From an uncultured Cytophagales bacterium (GTDB lineage Bacteria > Bacteroidota > Bacteroidia > Cytophagales > Bernardetiaceae), in contig CAVXHP010000006.1 in the NCBI GenBank assembly GCA_963761725.1, forward strand, positions 317,534 to 381,533: DNA of 64,000 nucleotides, read 5' to 3'. Made by a program: the position numbers and the translations under genes. Within the stretch, counting starts at the first letter, position 1; each line of letters begins with the position of its first letter. Shown here piece after piece: positions 9,677 through 19,507 of the stretch. A model generated the notes under the pieces. That model did no database searches and was not told the origin of the DNA. It saw only the letters and a list, made by a program, of their open reading frames with translations.

Positions 9677-11017
9677 ATGAAAAAATCCCTAGTATCAAGT
9701 TTAGTCTTGCTCATTTTATTTTTTGGAAGTTTCGTTCCAAGCACTAATAAAGACACAAAAGACGGTTCTAAAATTGAGTTTACAGAATTTACACTTTCAA
9801 ACGGCTTGCATGTTATTTTGCATGAAGACCATTCTGTTCCTCTTGTAGCTGTAACTGTATTATATCATGTAGGTTCGAAAAATGAAGAACCTAATCGAAC
9901 AGGTTTTGCACATTTCTTTGAGCATTTGCTCTTTGAGGGTTCAGAAAATATTAAGCGTGGCGAATTTGACAAGTATGTTGAGAATTCAGGTGGTACTCTC
10001 AATGCAAATACTACCTATGACCGAACGTTTTATTACGAAGTAATGCCTTCTAACCAATTAGAATTAGCTCTTTGGCTAGAATCTGAAAGAATGTTACACG
10101 CAAGAGTGGATAGCACAGGCATCGAAACGCAAAGGCAAGTAGTAAAAGAAGAGCGTCGTCAGCGTATTGATAATAGCCCTTATGGTTCTCTTTTGGAAGA
10201 AACCATGAAGCGAGTTTATACTACTCATCCTTATAAATCTTCTGTTATCGGTTCGATGGCTCACTTAGATGCAGCAGAAGAGGTGGATTACAAAAGTTTC
10301 TATGAAAAGTATTATGTTCCTAATAATGCTGTTGTTAGTATTGCTGGAGATATTGATACCGAAACAGCCAAAAAATTGGTAGAGAAATATTTTAGTACAA
10401 TTCCTCAAGGCAAGCCTATTGTTCAGCCTACTATTGTTGAGCCTACTCAAATGATAGAAGTTCGTGATACAGTGTATGATAATATTCAACTTCCTGCCGT
10501 AATTCAAGCCTTTAAAGTTCCTGCTCGTGGACAGAGTGATTATTATGCTACCAAAATGTTATTTACTCTTCTTTCAGATGGCGAGAGTTCAAGACTTTCA
10601 AAAGCTGTAAAAGATGAACAACAAAAAGCTGTTTTTGTAGGTGCTTTTCCTTTAGATTTGGAGCAAAATCCTAGCGTAGCTCTTGCTTTCGGAATTGCTT
10701 CAATGGGAATAAATCCTTTAGATTTGGAAACTGCCATGAGTGCAGAATACGAAAAAGTCAAAAATGAGTTGATGGAAGAAAGAGAATTACAAAAACTCAA
10801 AAATCAATTTGAAGCTAACTTTTACACTCAAAACGGTACTATTGCAGGAATTGCCGAAACATTAGCTGACAATCATGTCTATGGTGGAAATGCAAATCTT
10901 ATCAATACCGAAATTGAAAATTATATGAAGGTAACTAGAGAAGAAATACAAGAAGCTGCCAAAAAATATCTAGTTGATAAAAACAAAGTAACTCTACATT
11001 ATTTACCAAAACAATAA
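9677..11017 (+). CDS. M16-family zinc peptidase (pitrilysin/insulinase-like), secreted
   Basis: Inverted zinc motif HFFEHLLFEGS (HxxEH). Signal peptide present. Length is 446 aa. Confidence 0.85.
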   Translation: MKKSLVSSLVLLILFFGSFVPSTNKDTKDGSKIEFTEFTLSNGLHVILHEDHSVPLVAVTVLYHVGSKNEEPNRTGFAHFFEHLLFEGSENIKRGEFDKYVENSGGTLNANTTYDRTFYYEVMPSNQLELALWLESERMLHARVDSTGIETQRQVVKEERRQRIDNSPYGSLLEETMKRVYTTHPYKSSVIGSMAHLDAAEEVDYKSFYEKYYVPNNAVVSIAGDIDTETAKKLVEKYFSTIPQGKPIVQPTIVEPTQMIEVRDTVYDNIQLPAVIQAFKVPARGQSDYYATKMLFTLLSDGESSRLSKAVKDEQQKAVFVGAFPLDLEQNPSVALAFGIASMGINPLDLETAMSAEYEKVKNELMEERELQKLKNQFEANFYTQNGTIAGIAETLADNHVYGGNANLINTEIENYMKVTREEIQEAAKKYLVDKNKVTLHYLPKQ

Positions 11018-11084
11018 ACTTAGGAATAAGAATTAAATAAACTGCTACTTTTAAAACCATAACTAATTGGTATTCAAGTAATTA

Positions 11085-11107
11085 AATTCGTAATTCGTAA
11101 TTGATCC
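11085..11107. repeat. 'aattcgtaatt' short tandem repeat unit
   Basis: aattcgtaattcgtaattgatcc. The family recurs at 13543, 17565, 17673, 18082 and 37057-37163. Confidence 0.6.
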
Positions 11108-11200
11108 TTAGAGTTTAGAAGTAAGAATTTAGAATGAATATAATGCAGTAATTTGATTTTTCACTTCTTACCTTTATTTCATTCTCTCTATCCTCTTCAA

Positions 11201-11255
11201 CCTCTGTGGTTCAAAAAGAAATTCTAGCCGTTGTTGGTGTCCTCACCAATGACAC
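11201..11255. repeat. cctctgtggttcaaaa motif followed by REP-like hairpin (gccgttgttggtgtcctcaccaatgacac)
   Basis: Both elements recur elsewhere (8465-8480; 7767, 13362, 13416), each time just upstream of a secreted-protein gene. Confidence 0.55.
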
Positions 11256-11267
11256 AAATATATAAAA

Positions 11268-13340
11268 ATGAAAAATAAATTTATTCTAAGTCTTGCCTTT
11301 TTGATGGCATTCTTATTTAATGGCTGTACGCCTGTTCCTTCTGGTTCTACTGGAAAATTAGACCGAAGCAAAGCTCCAAAAGCTGGAGAAGCTCGCAAGA
11401 TAGAAATTGCAAAATCTCAATCTTTTACACTTGATAATGGCTTACAAGTTTTTGTAGTCGAAAATCACAAATTACCTCAAGTTTCTTATTCTTTAGTTGT
11501 CGATTATGACCCAATTATGGAAGGCAAACGAGTTGGAATGTTGGATATGTATGGCTCTATGCTTCGTCGTGGAACAGAAACACGCACAAAAGAAAAGTTA
11601 GATGAAGAAATTGATTTTATGGGAGCGAATTTAATTACCTATTCACGAGGAATTTATGCATCTTCTCTAAAGCGTCATTCTGATAATCTACTTTCTATCT
11701 TTTCAGATGTTCTTTATAATCCTTCTTTTGCTGAAGACGAGTTGGCTAAGGTTCGTAATGAGGCTTTGTCAAATCTTCAATCTTTACCTTCTAGTCCAGA
11801 TGCAATTGCTGGCAATGTAGTTTCTAAGGTAAATTATGGTAATAATCACCCTTATGGAGAAGTAGAAACAGAGGCAACTCTAAAGGCTGTCAAGAATGAG
11901 GATTTGAAAGATTTTCATCAGACTTATTTCCGTCCAAATGCTTCTTATTTAGCTATTGTAGGTGATATTACATTAGAAGAAGCCAAAGTACAAGTCAATA
12001 AACATTTTGCAGAATGGGAGAAAAAAGATATTCCAACTACAAAATATGATGCACCAAAAGCAGTTGAGAAACCACAAGTAGCGATTTCGAATCGTGCTGG
12101 AGCAGTTCAGACGGTTATTAATGTTACTTATCCCGTTTTTTATCCGTTGGGTAGTAACGATTACGTGGCTGCAAGACTTATGAATAGCATTTTGGGAAAT
12201 AGTGGTTTTGGAGCTAGACTTATTCAAAATCTTCGTGAAGACAAAGCCTATACCTATGGAGCTTATTCTTCATTAAGTCCAGACGAACTTTCGTCTTCTT
12301 TTACTATGTCTGCAAGTGTTCGTAATGAAGTTACAGACAGTGCTGTTGTAGAGTTTTTATATGAACTCAAACGCATAAAAGATGAGCCTGTTTCTCAACA
12401 AGAATTGGATAGGGTAAAAGCAAGTGTAATTGGTGGCTTTGTTCGTTCTTTAGAAAGTCCTCAAACGGTAGCTAATTTTGCTATTAATATTGCAAGATAT
12501 AATCTACCTTCTGATTTTTATAGTAATTATATTCAAAAAATAAATGCTATAACGGTAGAAGATATTCAGAATGCAGCCAAAAAATATATCAAACCTGAAA
12601 ATATTACGATTGTAGCTGTAGGAGACCAAAGTATTTTATTAGAAAAATTAGCTCCTTTTGGAAACGTACAGGTCTATGATGCTTTTGGAGAAATGGCTGC
12701 TCAGGCTGATCAACGTATTTTAATAGGAATGACTGCTGATAAAATAATCCAGAATTACCTAGATAAAATTGGAGGTAAAAAATGGAATGAAGTTACTTCT
12801 ATGGAAAAAAATCAGACTATGAATATTGCAGGAATGCAAATGGAACAAAAAGTTTCTATCCAAAACCAGCAAAAAGTAGCTTTAGAGGTTGCCAAAATGG
12901 GAATGAAGCAAGTTTATGATGGTAAAAAAGCGTACTTGGTAATGCAAGGAAACAAACAAGAATTTCCAGCAGAACAAACAAATAGTATAAAAGAACAAAC
13001 TTTTATCAATCCTTACTTTAAATATGACAAATCAAATGGTTATACAGTAGAATTAGTAGGTGCACAAGTAGTAAATGAAAAATCTGTATTCGAAATCAAA
13101 ACTACACACAAAGAGTACGGAGAACGCTTACAATATTTTGATCCAGAAACAGGACTCTTGATAAAAGAAGTTTCGGCAGAGGGAGAAATGATGTTATCAG
13201 ATTACCGTAAAGTCGGAAAAACAAATCTTTTAGTGCCTTATAAAATGGAAGGAAATTCTCCACAAGGAGCTTACAAAATTGAGGTACAAAACATAAAATT
13301 AAACCCTACTATTGATGCTAAAGTATTTGTAGTAGAATAA
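11268..13340 (+). CDS. M16-family peptidase-like lipoprotein, probably the non-catalytic partner subunit
   Basis: Lipoprotein signal (LFNGC). M16 fold regions are present but there is no HxxEH motif. Paired with the upstream catalytic M16 gene. Length is 690 aa. Confidence 0.65.
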   Translation: MKNKFILSLAFLMAFLFNGCTPVPSGSTGKLDRSKAPKAGEARKIEIAKSQSFTLDNGLQVFVVENHKLPQVSYSLVVDYDPIMEGKRVGMLDMYGSMLRRGTETRTKEKLDEEIDFMGANLITYSRGIYASSLKRHSDNLLSIFSDVLYNPSFAEDELAKVRNEALSNLQSLPSSPDAIAGNVVSKVNYGNNHPYGEVETEATLKAVKNEDLKDFHQTYFRPNASYLAIVGDITLEEAKVQVNKHFAEWEKKDIPTTKYDAPKAVEKPQVAISNRAGAVQTVINVTYPVFYPLGSNDYVAARLMNSILGNSGFGARLIQNLREDKAYTYGAYSSLSPDELSSSFTMSASVRNEVTDSAVVEFLYELKRIKDEPVSQQELDRVKASVIGGFVRSLESPQTVANFAINIARYNLPSDFYSNYIQKINAITVEDIQNAAKKYIKPENITIVAVGDQSILLEKLAPFGNVQVYDAFGEMAAQADQRILIGMTADKIIQNYLDKIGGKKWNEVTSMEKNQTMNIAGMQMEQKVSIQNQQKVALEVAKMGMKQVYDGKKAYLVMQGNKQEFPAEQTNSIKEQTFINPYFKYDKSNGYTVELVGAQVVNEKSVFEIKTTHKEYGERLQYFDPETGLLIKEVSAEGEMMLSDYRKVGKTNLLVPYKMEGNSPQGAYKIEVQNIKLNPTIDAKVFVVE

Positions 13341-13361
13341 ATAGCTTATTTATAACTTTTT

Positions 13362-13441
13362 GTCGTTGGTGGGGACACCAACAACGGCAAAAGTTAGGTA
13401 TAATCCGTATTTCTAGCCGTTGTCGGTGTCCCACCGACGAC
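13362..13441. repeat. BIME-like pair of REP-like hairpins in inverted orientation
   Basis: gtcgttggtggggacaccaacaacggc at 13362-13388 and gccgttgtcggtgtcccaccgacgac at 13416-13441, separated by ~27 bp. Confidence 0.6.
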
Positions 13442-13473
13442 TTTCAGAAACTGCGTAACATCAATTTATAATT

Positions 13474-13513
13474 CAAAAAAATGCTAGTTTCTTATAGATT
13501 CTAGCATTTTTTT
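13474..13513. terminator. rho-independent terminator (aaaaaaatgctag...ctagcattttttt)
   Basis: Perfect hairpin flanked by an A-run and a T-run, so it could act in both directions. Confidence 0.6.
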
Positions 13514-13542
13514 GTTCATTAAACAATAATACATATCCACTT

Positions 13543-13580
13543 AAATTCGTAATTTTTAATTTTTAATTCGTAATTGATCC
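13543..13580. repeat. 'aattcgtaatt' repeat unit
   Basis: ttaaattcgtaatttttaatttttaattcgtaattgatcc has the same ...cgtaattgatcc end as 11085-11107. Confidence 0.55.
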
Positions 13581-13735
13581 TAAGAGGCTATCTAAACTTC
13601 AATACAGACTTTCATTATAAAAAAGCATTTTCATTTTTGATAAGGAAAACAGAATGAATAAAAAATAATTTTGTATCTTAAAATAATAAAAATTACACAA
13701 CTAGCCATTCTTGTATAAATTCCTAAAATAGAGCT

Positions 13736-14641
13736 ATGAAATCACTATTTTATTTTACAAAAGACCTATTAATAATTTTCTGTATGTGTTTTTTTGTTTT
13801 ACAAATACAATGTATAGCACAAAATACTACACAAAACAAACAAGTTGGACAAATCGGGCAAATAGACTTAGCGGGTGTCGCCTTACTTTCTGTGCCAAAA
13901 GGTTTTGTTTTTATGGAAGGAAATTCTGTAAAACCTCCTTATCAAATAGAATGTGATAATGTTGAATATTTAGGTTGTCTGGTAGCTATTCCGAATAAAG
14001 ACAATGCCGATTCTGTTACTACTCCTTTCGTAATAGAACTGGTTTATATAGAAACAGGCTATATTCCAGATACTACTATTTTCAAAACTCCTGAAGAATT
14101 TTTTTGGAACAATATAATTCATACTAATTACAAGAGAAACCAATATATCAATGAAAAAGGATGCGATACATTAATTATTCAATCTTGGGTAGTAAAACCT
14201 TATTTTTTGGAAAATCAGCATCAACTACAATGGGCAGTTTCTTGTCTTTCAAACAATCAGAATTATATTCGTCATAGTACACAAAAGTTAGGTAGATATG
14301 GATTTTTGGAGATGACTATCAATACTTCATCCGATCATCTTTTGCAAATAAATTCTCAGATTCCACTGCTTACCTCTAGTGTAAATTTTTATGAAGGATT
14401 CAGACATGAAGATTTTGACCCTAATTTTGATAACTTGGCTGCCTTTGGCTTTGCTGGTATTTTGGCTGGAAAAGTTCTGACAAAGGTAAAAGTAGTTCCT
14501 TTCGTATTCAAATGGTTGAAATGGGTAATCATTGTCTTATTAGGAATTTTTACATTCTTTAAAAGAAAATTAATCAAGAAAGACTTGGAAAGAGATTTAG
14601 AAATAAACTATCTTGAAGCAGAATTAGAAAGTCAAGAATAA
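13736..14641 (+). CDS. hypothetical membrane-anchored protein (N-terminal signal, C-terminal TM)
   Basis: 301 aa. Has an N-terminal hydrophobic segment and a C-terminal TM helix, WVIIVLLGIFTFF, followed by a KRK stretch. Confidence 0.4.
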   Translation: MKSLFYFTKDLLIIFCMCFFVLQIQCIAQNTTQNKQVGQIGQIDLAGVALLSVPKGFVFMEGNSVKPPYQIECDNVEYLGCLVAIPNKDNADSVTTPFVIELVYIETGYIPDTTIFKTPEEFFWNNIIHTNYKRNQYINEKGCDTLIIQSWVVKPYFLENQHQLQWAVSCLSNNQNYIRHSTQKLGRYGFLEMTINTSSDHLLQINSQIPLLTSSVNFYEGFRHEDFDPNFDNLAAFGFAGILAGKVLTKVKVVPFVFKWLKWVIIVLLGIFTFFKRKLIKKDLERDLEINYLEAELESQE

Positions 14642-14745
14642 ATTATTTGATTAATCCATTATTTACTACTAATTAAACATTTAAAACCGTACACCTTTCG
14701 AAGAACAGCAAAGCTAAATATTTTTATTAGTTTTCTTAGAGTTTT

Positions 14746-14934
14746 AGCTACAGAGTAGCGTAATCTTTGTAGTAAAATGAAAGCTATTCTCTTCTAAAAG
14801 CTACAGCGTAGCGCAACTTTTAGGGTGTAAATAACAATGTTTCGCAACGCTGTTGCTCTAAAACCATTATTTCATCCTATTCAATTGGCTTCGCCAACTT
14901 TCAGTTCTACAAAGGTTACGTTGCGCTGCAACTT
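14746..14934. repeat. ~190 bp MITE-like element with ~25 bp imperfect terminal inverted repeats (agctacagagtagcgtaa... / ...ttacgttgcgctgcaact)
   Basis: Internal agctacagcgtagcgcaac and its near-complement ttcgcaacgctgttgctct. A second copy is at 34831-35000. Confidence 0.6.
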
Positions 14935-14983
14935 AAAAAAAGTGTACAGTTTTAAAAATTAACCACTAAACATTACTAAAAAC

Positions 14984-15952
14984 GTGAAAAGAATTGGAGT
15001 CTTTACTTCTGGAGGAGATTCTCCTGGTATGAATGCATGTATTAGAGCTGTTGTGAGAGGTGCACTGTATTACGGTGTTGAAATATATGGGATTTATAGA
15101 GGCTATCGTGGAATGATCGAAAACGATATTCATAGGCTCAATTCTAGAGATGTTAGCAATATTATTCAACGTGGAGGAACCCTATTAAAAACAGCTCGCA
15201 GCCAAAGATTTTTAACAAAAGAAGGGCGAGAGCAAGCACACCAAAACCTCAAAAACCTAGAAATTGATGGACTTATCGCTATTGGTGGAAACGGAACGCT
15301 GGCAGGAATGCAAATTTTTTGGGAAGAACACAGAATGCCATTTGTTGGGGCACCTGGCACCATCGACAACGACTTAAACGGAACAGATTATACTATCGGA
15401 TTCGATACAGCCATCAACACAGCTTTGGAAGCTATTGACAAAATTAGAGATACAGCCGATTCATTAGAAAGAGGATTTTTTATTGAAGTAATGGGAAGAC
15501 ATTGTGGGGATATTGCACTTCTGACAGGAATTGGAGGAGGAGCAGAAATAGTAATGCTTCCTGAAATAGTAGATTCTTTAGATGAAGTAGTTGATTCAAT
15601 CAAGCAAATGCTAGCTAATAAAAAAACTTCATTAATTGTAGTAGTTGCAGAAGGTGATGAGCTAGGAAATGCCGAAGAATTAGGAAAAAAAGTAAGAGAG
15701 CAGATTCCAAACTTTAAGTTTAGAGTTACTAATTTAGGACATATTCAACGGGGTGGTTCGCCAACGGCAGCCGACAGAGTTTTGGCAAGTCAGTTGGGTT
15801 TGGGAGCAGTAGAAGGACTTTTATCTGGAAAAACAAACGTAATGGTTGGACAATTAAAGCGAAAACTTGTCTATACTTCCATAGATGAATGCCTCAAACC
15901 TAGAGCTATTGATAATGATCTTGTCAGAATGCTACGAATTTTGAGTACGTAA
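14984..15952 (+). CDS. pfkA: ATP-dependent 6-phosphofructokinase
   Basis: RIGVFTSGGDSPGMNACIRAVVRG, GGNGTLAGM and MGRHCGD are canonical PfkA motifs. Confidence 0.9.
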   Translation: MKRIGVFTSGGDSPGMNACIRAVVRGALYYGVEIYGIYRGYRGMIENDIHRLNSRDVSNIIQRGGTLLKTARSQRFLTKEGREQAHQNLKNLEIDGLIAIGGNGTLAGMQIFWEEHRMPFVGAPGTIDNDLNGTDYTIGFDTAINTALEAIDKIRDTADSLERGFFIEVMGRHCGDIALLTGIGGGAEIVMLPEIVDSLDEVVDSIKQMLANKKTSLIVVVAEGDELGNAEELGKKVREQIPNFKFRVTNLGHIQRGGSPTAADRVLASQLGLGAVEGLLSGKTNVMVGQLKRKLVYTSIDECLKPRAIDNDLVRMLRILST

Positions 15953-15957
15953 ATACA

Positions 15958-15990
15958 ATAGCACAGATTAAAATTCTGTGCTTAAAATTA
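15958..15990 (+). terminator. terminator hairpin after pfkA (agcacagattaaaattctgtgct)
   Basis: 8-bp perfect stem followed by an A/T-rich tail. Confidence 0.45.
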
Positions 15991-16330
15991 CAATCTAACT
16001 TTGAATATCAGATTTATTTGTATAAAAATTATTGTTTTCATTTTTATATTCTCGACTTTGTTGCTACTCCAATTTTGTAAAAAAACTGTTGTTGCTCTTT
16101 AATTTCGGCTTGCCTTTAATAGTCAAACAACAACGAAGAATTATTTTTTTGACTAAACATTCCAAAACATAACCCTATTAAAAAAGTTGTTTTTGGATAG
16201 GCAAAAAATTATTTCATTTTTTGTTCGTAAATTTGCAGAATAATTCTGTTTGTTAGGAAACACAGAGAATACAAATACATTTTGTGTAATTTAATTCATA
16301 ATTTATCATTCATAATTCACAATTCAAGAT

Positions 16331-16645
16331 ATGGCAGTTATAGACATAGACGACTCAAACGTAAAAGAAAATTTGAACCAAAACGAAAAAGTAATTGTAA
16401 AGTATTATGCGTCTTGGTGTGGTTCGTGCAGACTTATCAAACCTAAATACAAACGTCTATCTAATGATGAGCGTTTTTCAGATATTGCTTTTTTGGATAC
16501 TGATGCAGAACATAATCCAGAGGCTAGAAACTTAGCAGGTGTGAAAAATCTTCCTTATTTTGCTATTTTCAAAAATGGCGAATTGGTAGAAGGTGTTTCA
16601 ACAAGCAAAGAAGAAAGTGTTGTTGAGCTTTTAGAGAAACTTTAA
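16331..16645 (+). CDS. thioredoxin-family protein with CGSC active site
   Basis: 104 aa. The YASWCGSCRLIKP redox motif is WCGSC rather than the usual WCGPC. Confidence 0.7.
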   Translation: MAVIDIDDSNVKENLNQNEKVIVKYYASWCGSCRLIKPKYKRLSNDERFSDIAFLDTDAEHNPEARNLAGVKNLPYFAIFKNGELVEGVSTSKEESVVELLEKL

Positions 16646-16661
16646 ATAAAACGAATCAAAT

Positions 16662-17312
16662 ATGGAAACAGACCATATTTTTATATTTTCAGATGCTAAA
16701 AATGCTGATGAACTTGTCAATTTTGGTTTTGTAGAAGGAAGTAGTCGGATTCATACAGGACAAGGAACTACAAACAGAAAATTCTATTTTGAAAATTTCT
16801 TTTTAGAAATTTTGTGGGTACATAATCAAGAGGAAATAAAAAGCAAGACTGTTGAAAACACTAAACTTTGGCAACATTCTTTATCTCCAAAAAATGATTA
16901 TTCTCCTTTTGGTTTGTGTTTGGTAAATACAGAAGATACAAATATGCTTTTTGAGGAAAGTATAGATTATCAACCTTTTTATTTTCCACAAGGAAAAGTA
17001 ATTGAGTTTGTGAACAATGAAAATGCAAACTATTTTCCCAACACTTTCAGGCTTCCTTTTGCAAGTCCAAAATCAAATGATGAGCCTAAAAATCATTCAG
17101 ACGGAATCAAAAAACTAACAAAAACTACTTTTATTATTCCAAAATTGAATCAAAATTTAGATAAAAAAAATAATTATTTATCTTTTTTCAAAAATCAGCC
17201 TAACATTTCATTTCAAGAAGGAGAAAATTTTGCTCTACATCTTGAATTTGATACTCATCAGCAAGAAAAAATTAAAGAATTTGACAAATTACCATTGAAA
17301 CTATTTTACTAA
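16662..17312 (+). CDS. hypothetical protein (possible glyoxalase/VOC-like N-terminal region)
   Basis: 216 aa with no strong motif. Immediately follows the thioredoxin gene. Confidence 0.35.
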   Translation: METDHIFIFSDAKNADELVNFGFVEGSSRIHTGQGTTNRKFYFENFFLEILWVHNQEEIKSKTVENTKLWQHSLSPKNDYSPFGLCLVNTEDTNMLFEESIDYQPFYFPQGKVIEFVNNENANYFPNTFRLPFASPKSNDEPKNHSDGIKKLTKTTFIIPKLNQNLDKKNNYLSFFKNQPNISFQEGENFALHLEFDTHQQEKIKEFDKLPLKLFY

Positions 17313-17322
17313 AGAATCCATT

Positions 17323-17566
17323 ATGAAACTACCAGTTATAAAACAATTAGTAGAAAATTACTCATTAGAAGAACTCAAAAAAGCTGAGTCTGTCAATGGA
17401 GGAAGGCGAAACGCCAAACATTGAAGTAAAAGGCGAAGACGAAGGCGAACAATTTACACATGTTATTGCAGCCGTTTGGGTAAAGGAAAAAATGACAACG
17501 GATGGCATTGATGCTCGTGCTGCTATGCGTGAATACACGCAGAAGGTTAGAAATTCAATAAGTTAA
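17323..17566 (+). CDS. small conserved-looking ORF interrupted by a frameshift (33 aa + 56 aa)
   Basis: 17323-17424 encodes MKLPVIKQLVENYSLEELKKAESV... The -1 frame from 17396 encodes MEEGETPNIEVKGEDEGEQFTHVIAAVWVKEKMTTDGIDARAAMREYTQKVRNSIS. Neither piece is in the ORF track because both are under the length cutoff. Confidence 0.25.
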
Positions 17567-17702
17567 TTACGAATTTTCAATTACGAATTACGAATTGAAA
17601 TACAAAAATAAACCTAGTATATTTATCATATATGAAAAACAAAAGCTGATTGAGTATTCATTACTTTACTCTCGTAATTTTTAATTCGTAATTCGTAATT
17701 GA
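17565..17702. repeat. inverted 'aattacgaatt / aattcgtaatt' repeat pair enclosing ~75 bp
   Basis: aattacgaattttcaattacgaattacgaattg at 17565-17597 and ctcgtaatttttaattcgtaattcgtaatt at 17673-17702. The right arm abuts the start codon of the four-helix-bundle gene. Confidence 0.6.
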
Positions 17703-17703
17703 C

Positions 17704-18054
17704 ATGAAAGATAACATTATTCAGAAAAAGAGCTTTGATTTTGCTATCCGAATAGTGAAGGCTTATAAGTTTTTGATTTCTAAACAAGAATATGTTTTGT
17801 CAAAACAATTATTACGTAGTGGAACGTCAATAGGTGCAAATGTAGAAGAAGCTATAGGTGGATATTCTAGAACCGATTTTGGTTTTAAATTATCCATTGC
17901 ATACAAAGAAGCTAGAGAAACACTTTATTGGATTAAACTCTTAAAAGCAACTGACTATCTTTCAGAAGAAATGAGTAAAAGTCTGATTCAAGATGCAGAA
18001 GAAATCTGTAAAATAATTGGCAAAATACAAACTTCTCTAAAGAATAATAAATAA
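17704..18054 (+). CDS. four-helix-bundle protein (23S rRNA intervening-sequence protein family, TIGR02436-like)
   Basis: SFDFAIRIVKAYKFL...QLLRSGTSIGANVEEA....EARETLYWIKLL is the typical signature of this family. The gene is flanked on both sides by cgtaatt repeats. Confidence 0.75.
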   Translation: MKDNIIQKKSFDFAIRIVKAYKFLISKQEYVLSKQLLRSGTSIGANVEEAIGGYSRTDFGFKLSIAYKEARETLYWIKLLKATDYLSEEMSKSLIQDAEEICKIIGKIQTSLKNNK

Positions 18055-18081
18055 AACAACGAAGCTAGTCAAGCTATAGAA

Positions 18082-18122
18082 TTTCGTAATTAAAAATTCG
18101 TAATTGACAATTCGTAATTAAA
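18082..18122. repeat. 'aattcgtaatt' repeat cluster
   Basis: atttcgtaattaaaaattcgtaattgacaattcgtaattaa. Confidence 0.55.
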
Positions 18123-18167
18123 TTAAGTTTTTAACGGACTTTGAATCCGTTTTCAAAAAACAATACT

Positions 18168-19356
18168 ATGAATATAACTACAAAAAATCCAGAAAACCCT
18201 AATTCTAAGGGAAGAGTTTTGGTCGCCATGAGTGGTGGAATTGATAGTTCGTTAGCAGCCGTTTTGTTGCACGAACAAGGTTATGAAGTCATCGGAATGA
18301 CGATGAAAACGTGGGATTATGCTGCTTCTGGTGGCAATATGAAAAAAGAAACAGGCTGTTGTAGTTTGGATTCTATCAATGATGCACGTTCTATTTCGGT
18401 TGATTTGGGTTTCCCTCATTATATTTTGGACATTCGTTCCGAATTTGGCGATTACGTCATCGATTATTTTACAGAAGAATATATGGAAGGCAGAACGCCA
18501 AATCCGTGTGTGCTTTGCAATACGCATATCAAATGGGATGCACTTTTAAGACGTGCCGATAATTTGGGTTGTCAGTATATTGCGACAGGTCATTATGCCA
18601 ATATTAGAGAAGAAGAAGGACGTTTTGTAGTTTCGAAAGGTGTGGATACCAAAAAAGACCAATCGTATGTTTTGTGGGGCGTTTCGCAAGAAAGTTTGAG
18701 CCGAACGATGCTTCCTTTGGGCAATCTTACAAAAGACCAAATCCGTCAAATGGCTTTGGATAGAGGTTTTGATGAGCTTGTCAAAAAATCAGAATCGTAT
18801 GAAATCTGTTTTATTCCAGATAATGACTATCGTAGCTTTTTGAAAAGAAGAGTTCCTGATTTAGAGGAGAAGGTAGGAAAAGGAAATTTTGTAATGACAA
18901 CTGGAGAAGTAGTCGGAAAGCATGAAGGTTATCCATTTTATACTATCGGACAACGAAAAGGATTAGGAATTGCACTTGGACAACCTGCTTATGTAGTTGA
19001 AATTAAAAAAGATACCAATGAGGTAATTTTAGGTTACAAAGATGATTTGTTTAGAGATGGAATGATTGTCAAAAAATTAAACCTTCAAAAATATGCAAAT
19101 ATTGAAGGTGATTTATTGACTACTACAAAAGTTCGTGTCCATCATGCAGGTGCTCCAGCAACCATTACACAAAGCGAAAGACGGACAAGAACTTACTGTT
19201 CTTTTTCACGAGCCTGTAGATGCCATTGCACCAGGACAATCTGCTGTTTTTTATGATGGCGATGATGTAATTGGTGGAGGTTGGATAGTTTCTTCCTTCC
19301 AACAAATTGGAGAACGAACGAATAGAGAAAAATTTGTTTCCTACGGAGGTTTATAA
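18168..19356 (+). CDS. mnmA: tRNA 2-thiouridine(34) synthase MnmA; frame interrupted near 19160-19175
   Basis: VLVAMSGGIDSSLAAVLLHEQGYEVIGMTMKTW PP-loop and CVLCN motif. The C-terminus AKDGQELTVLFHEPVDAIAPGQSAVFYDGDDVIGGGWI is in the +1 frame (ORF 19135..19356). The ORF-track start at 18141 is a TTG; ATG at 18168 is more likely. Confidence 0.85.
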
Positions 19357-19394
19357 GCCTAAGATGGTTTAAATATATAATTCAAAATTGTCAG

Positions 19395-19429
19395 ACCACT
19401 TGATAAAAAAAATATTAAGTGGTTTTTTT
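19395..19429 (+). terminator. rho-independent terminator after mnmA (accacttgat...aagtggttttttt)
   Basis: Hairpin followed by a T7 run. Confidence 0.6.
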
Positions 19430-19507
19430 CTTGAGTATAAATTTTGTATTTTTACTCATTAATTTATCATTTGCTCAAAAAATTAGAATCAATTCTACTA
19501 TAAATCC

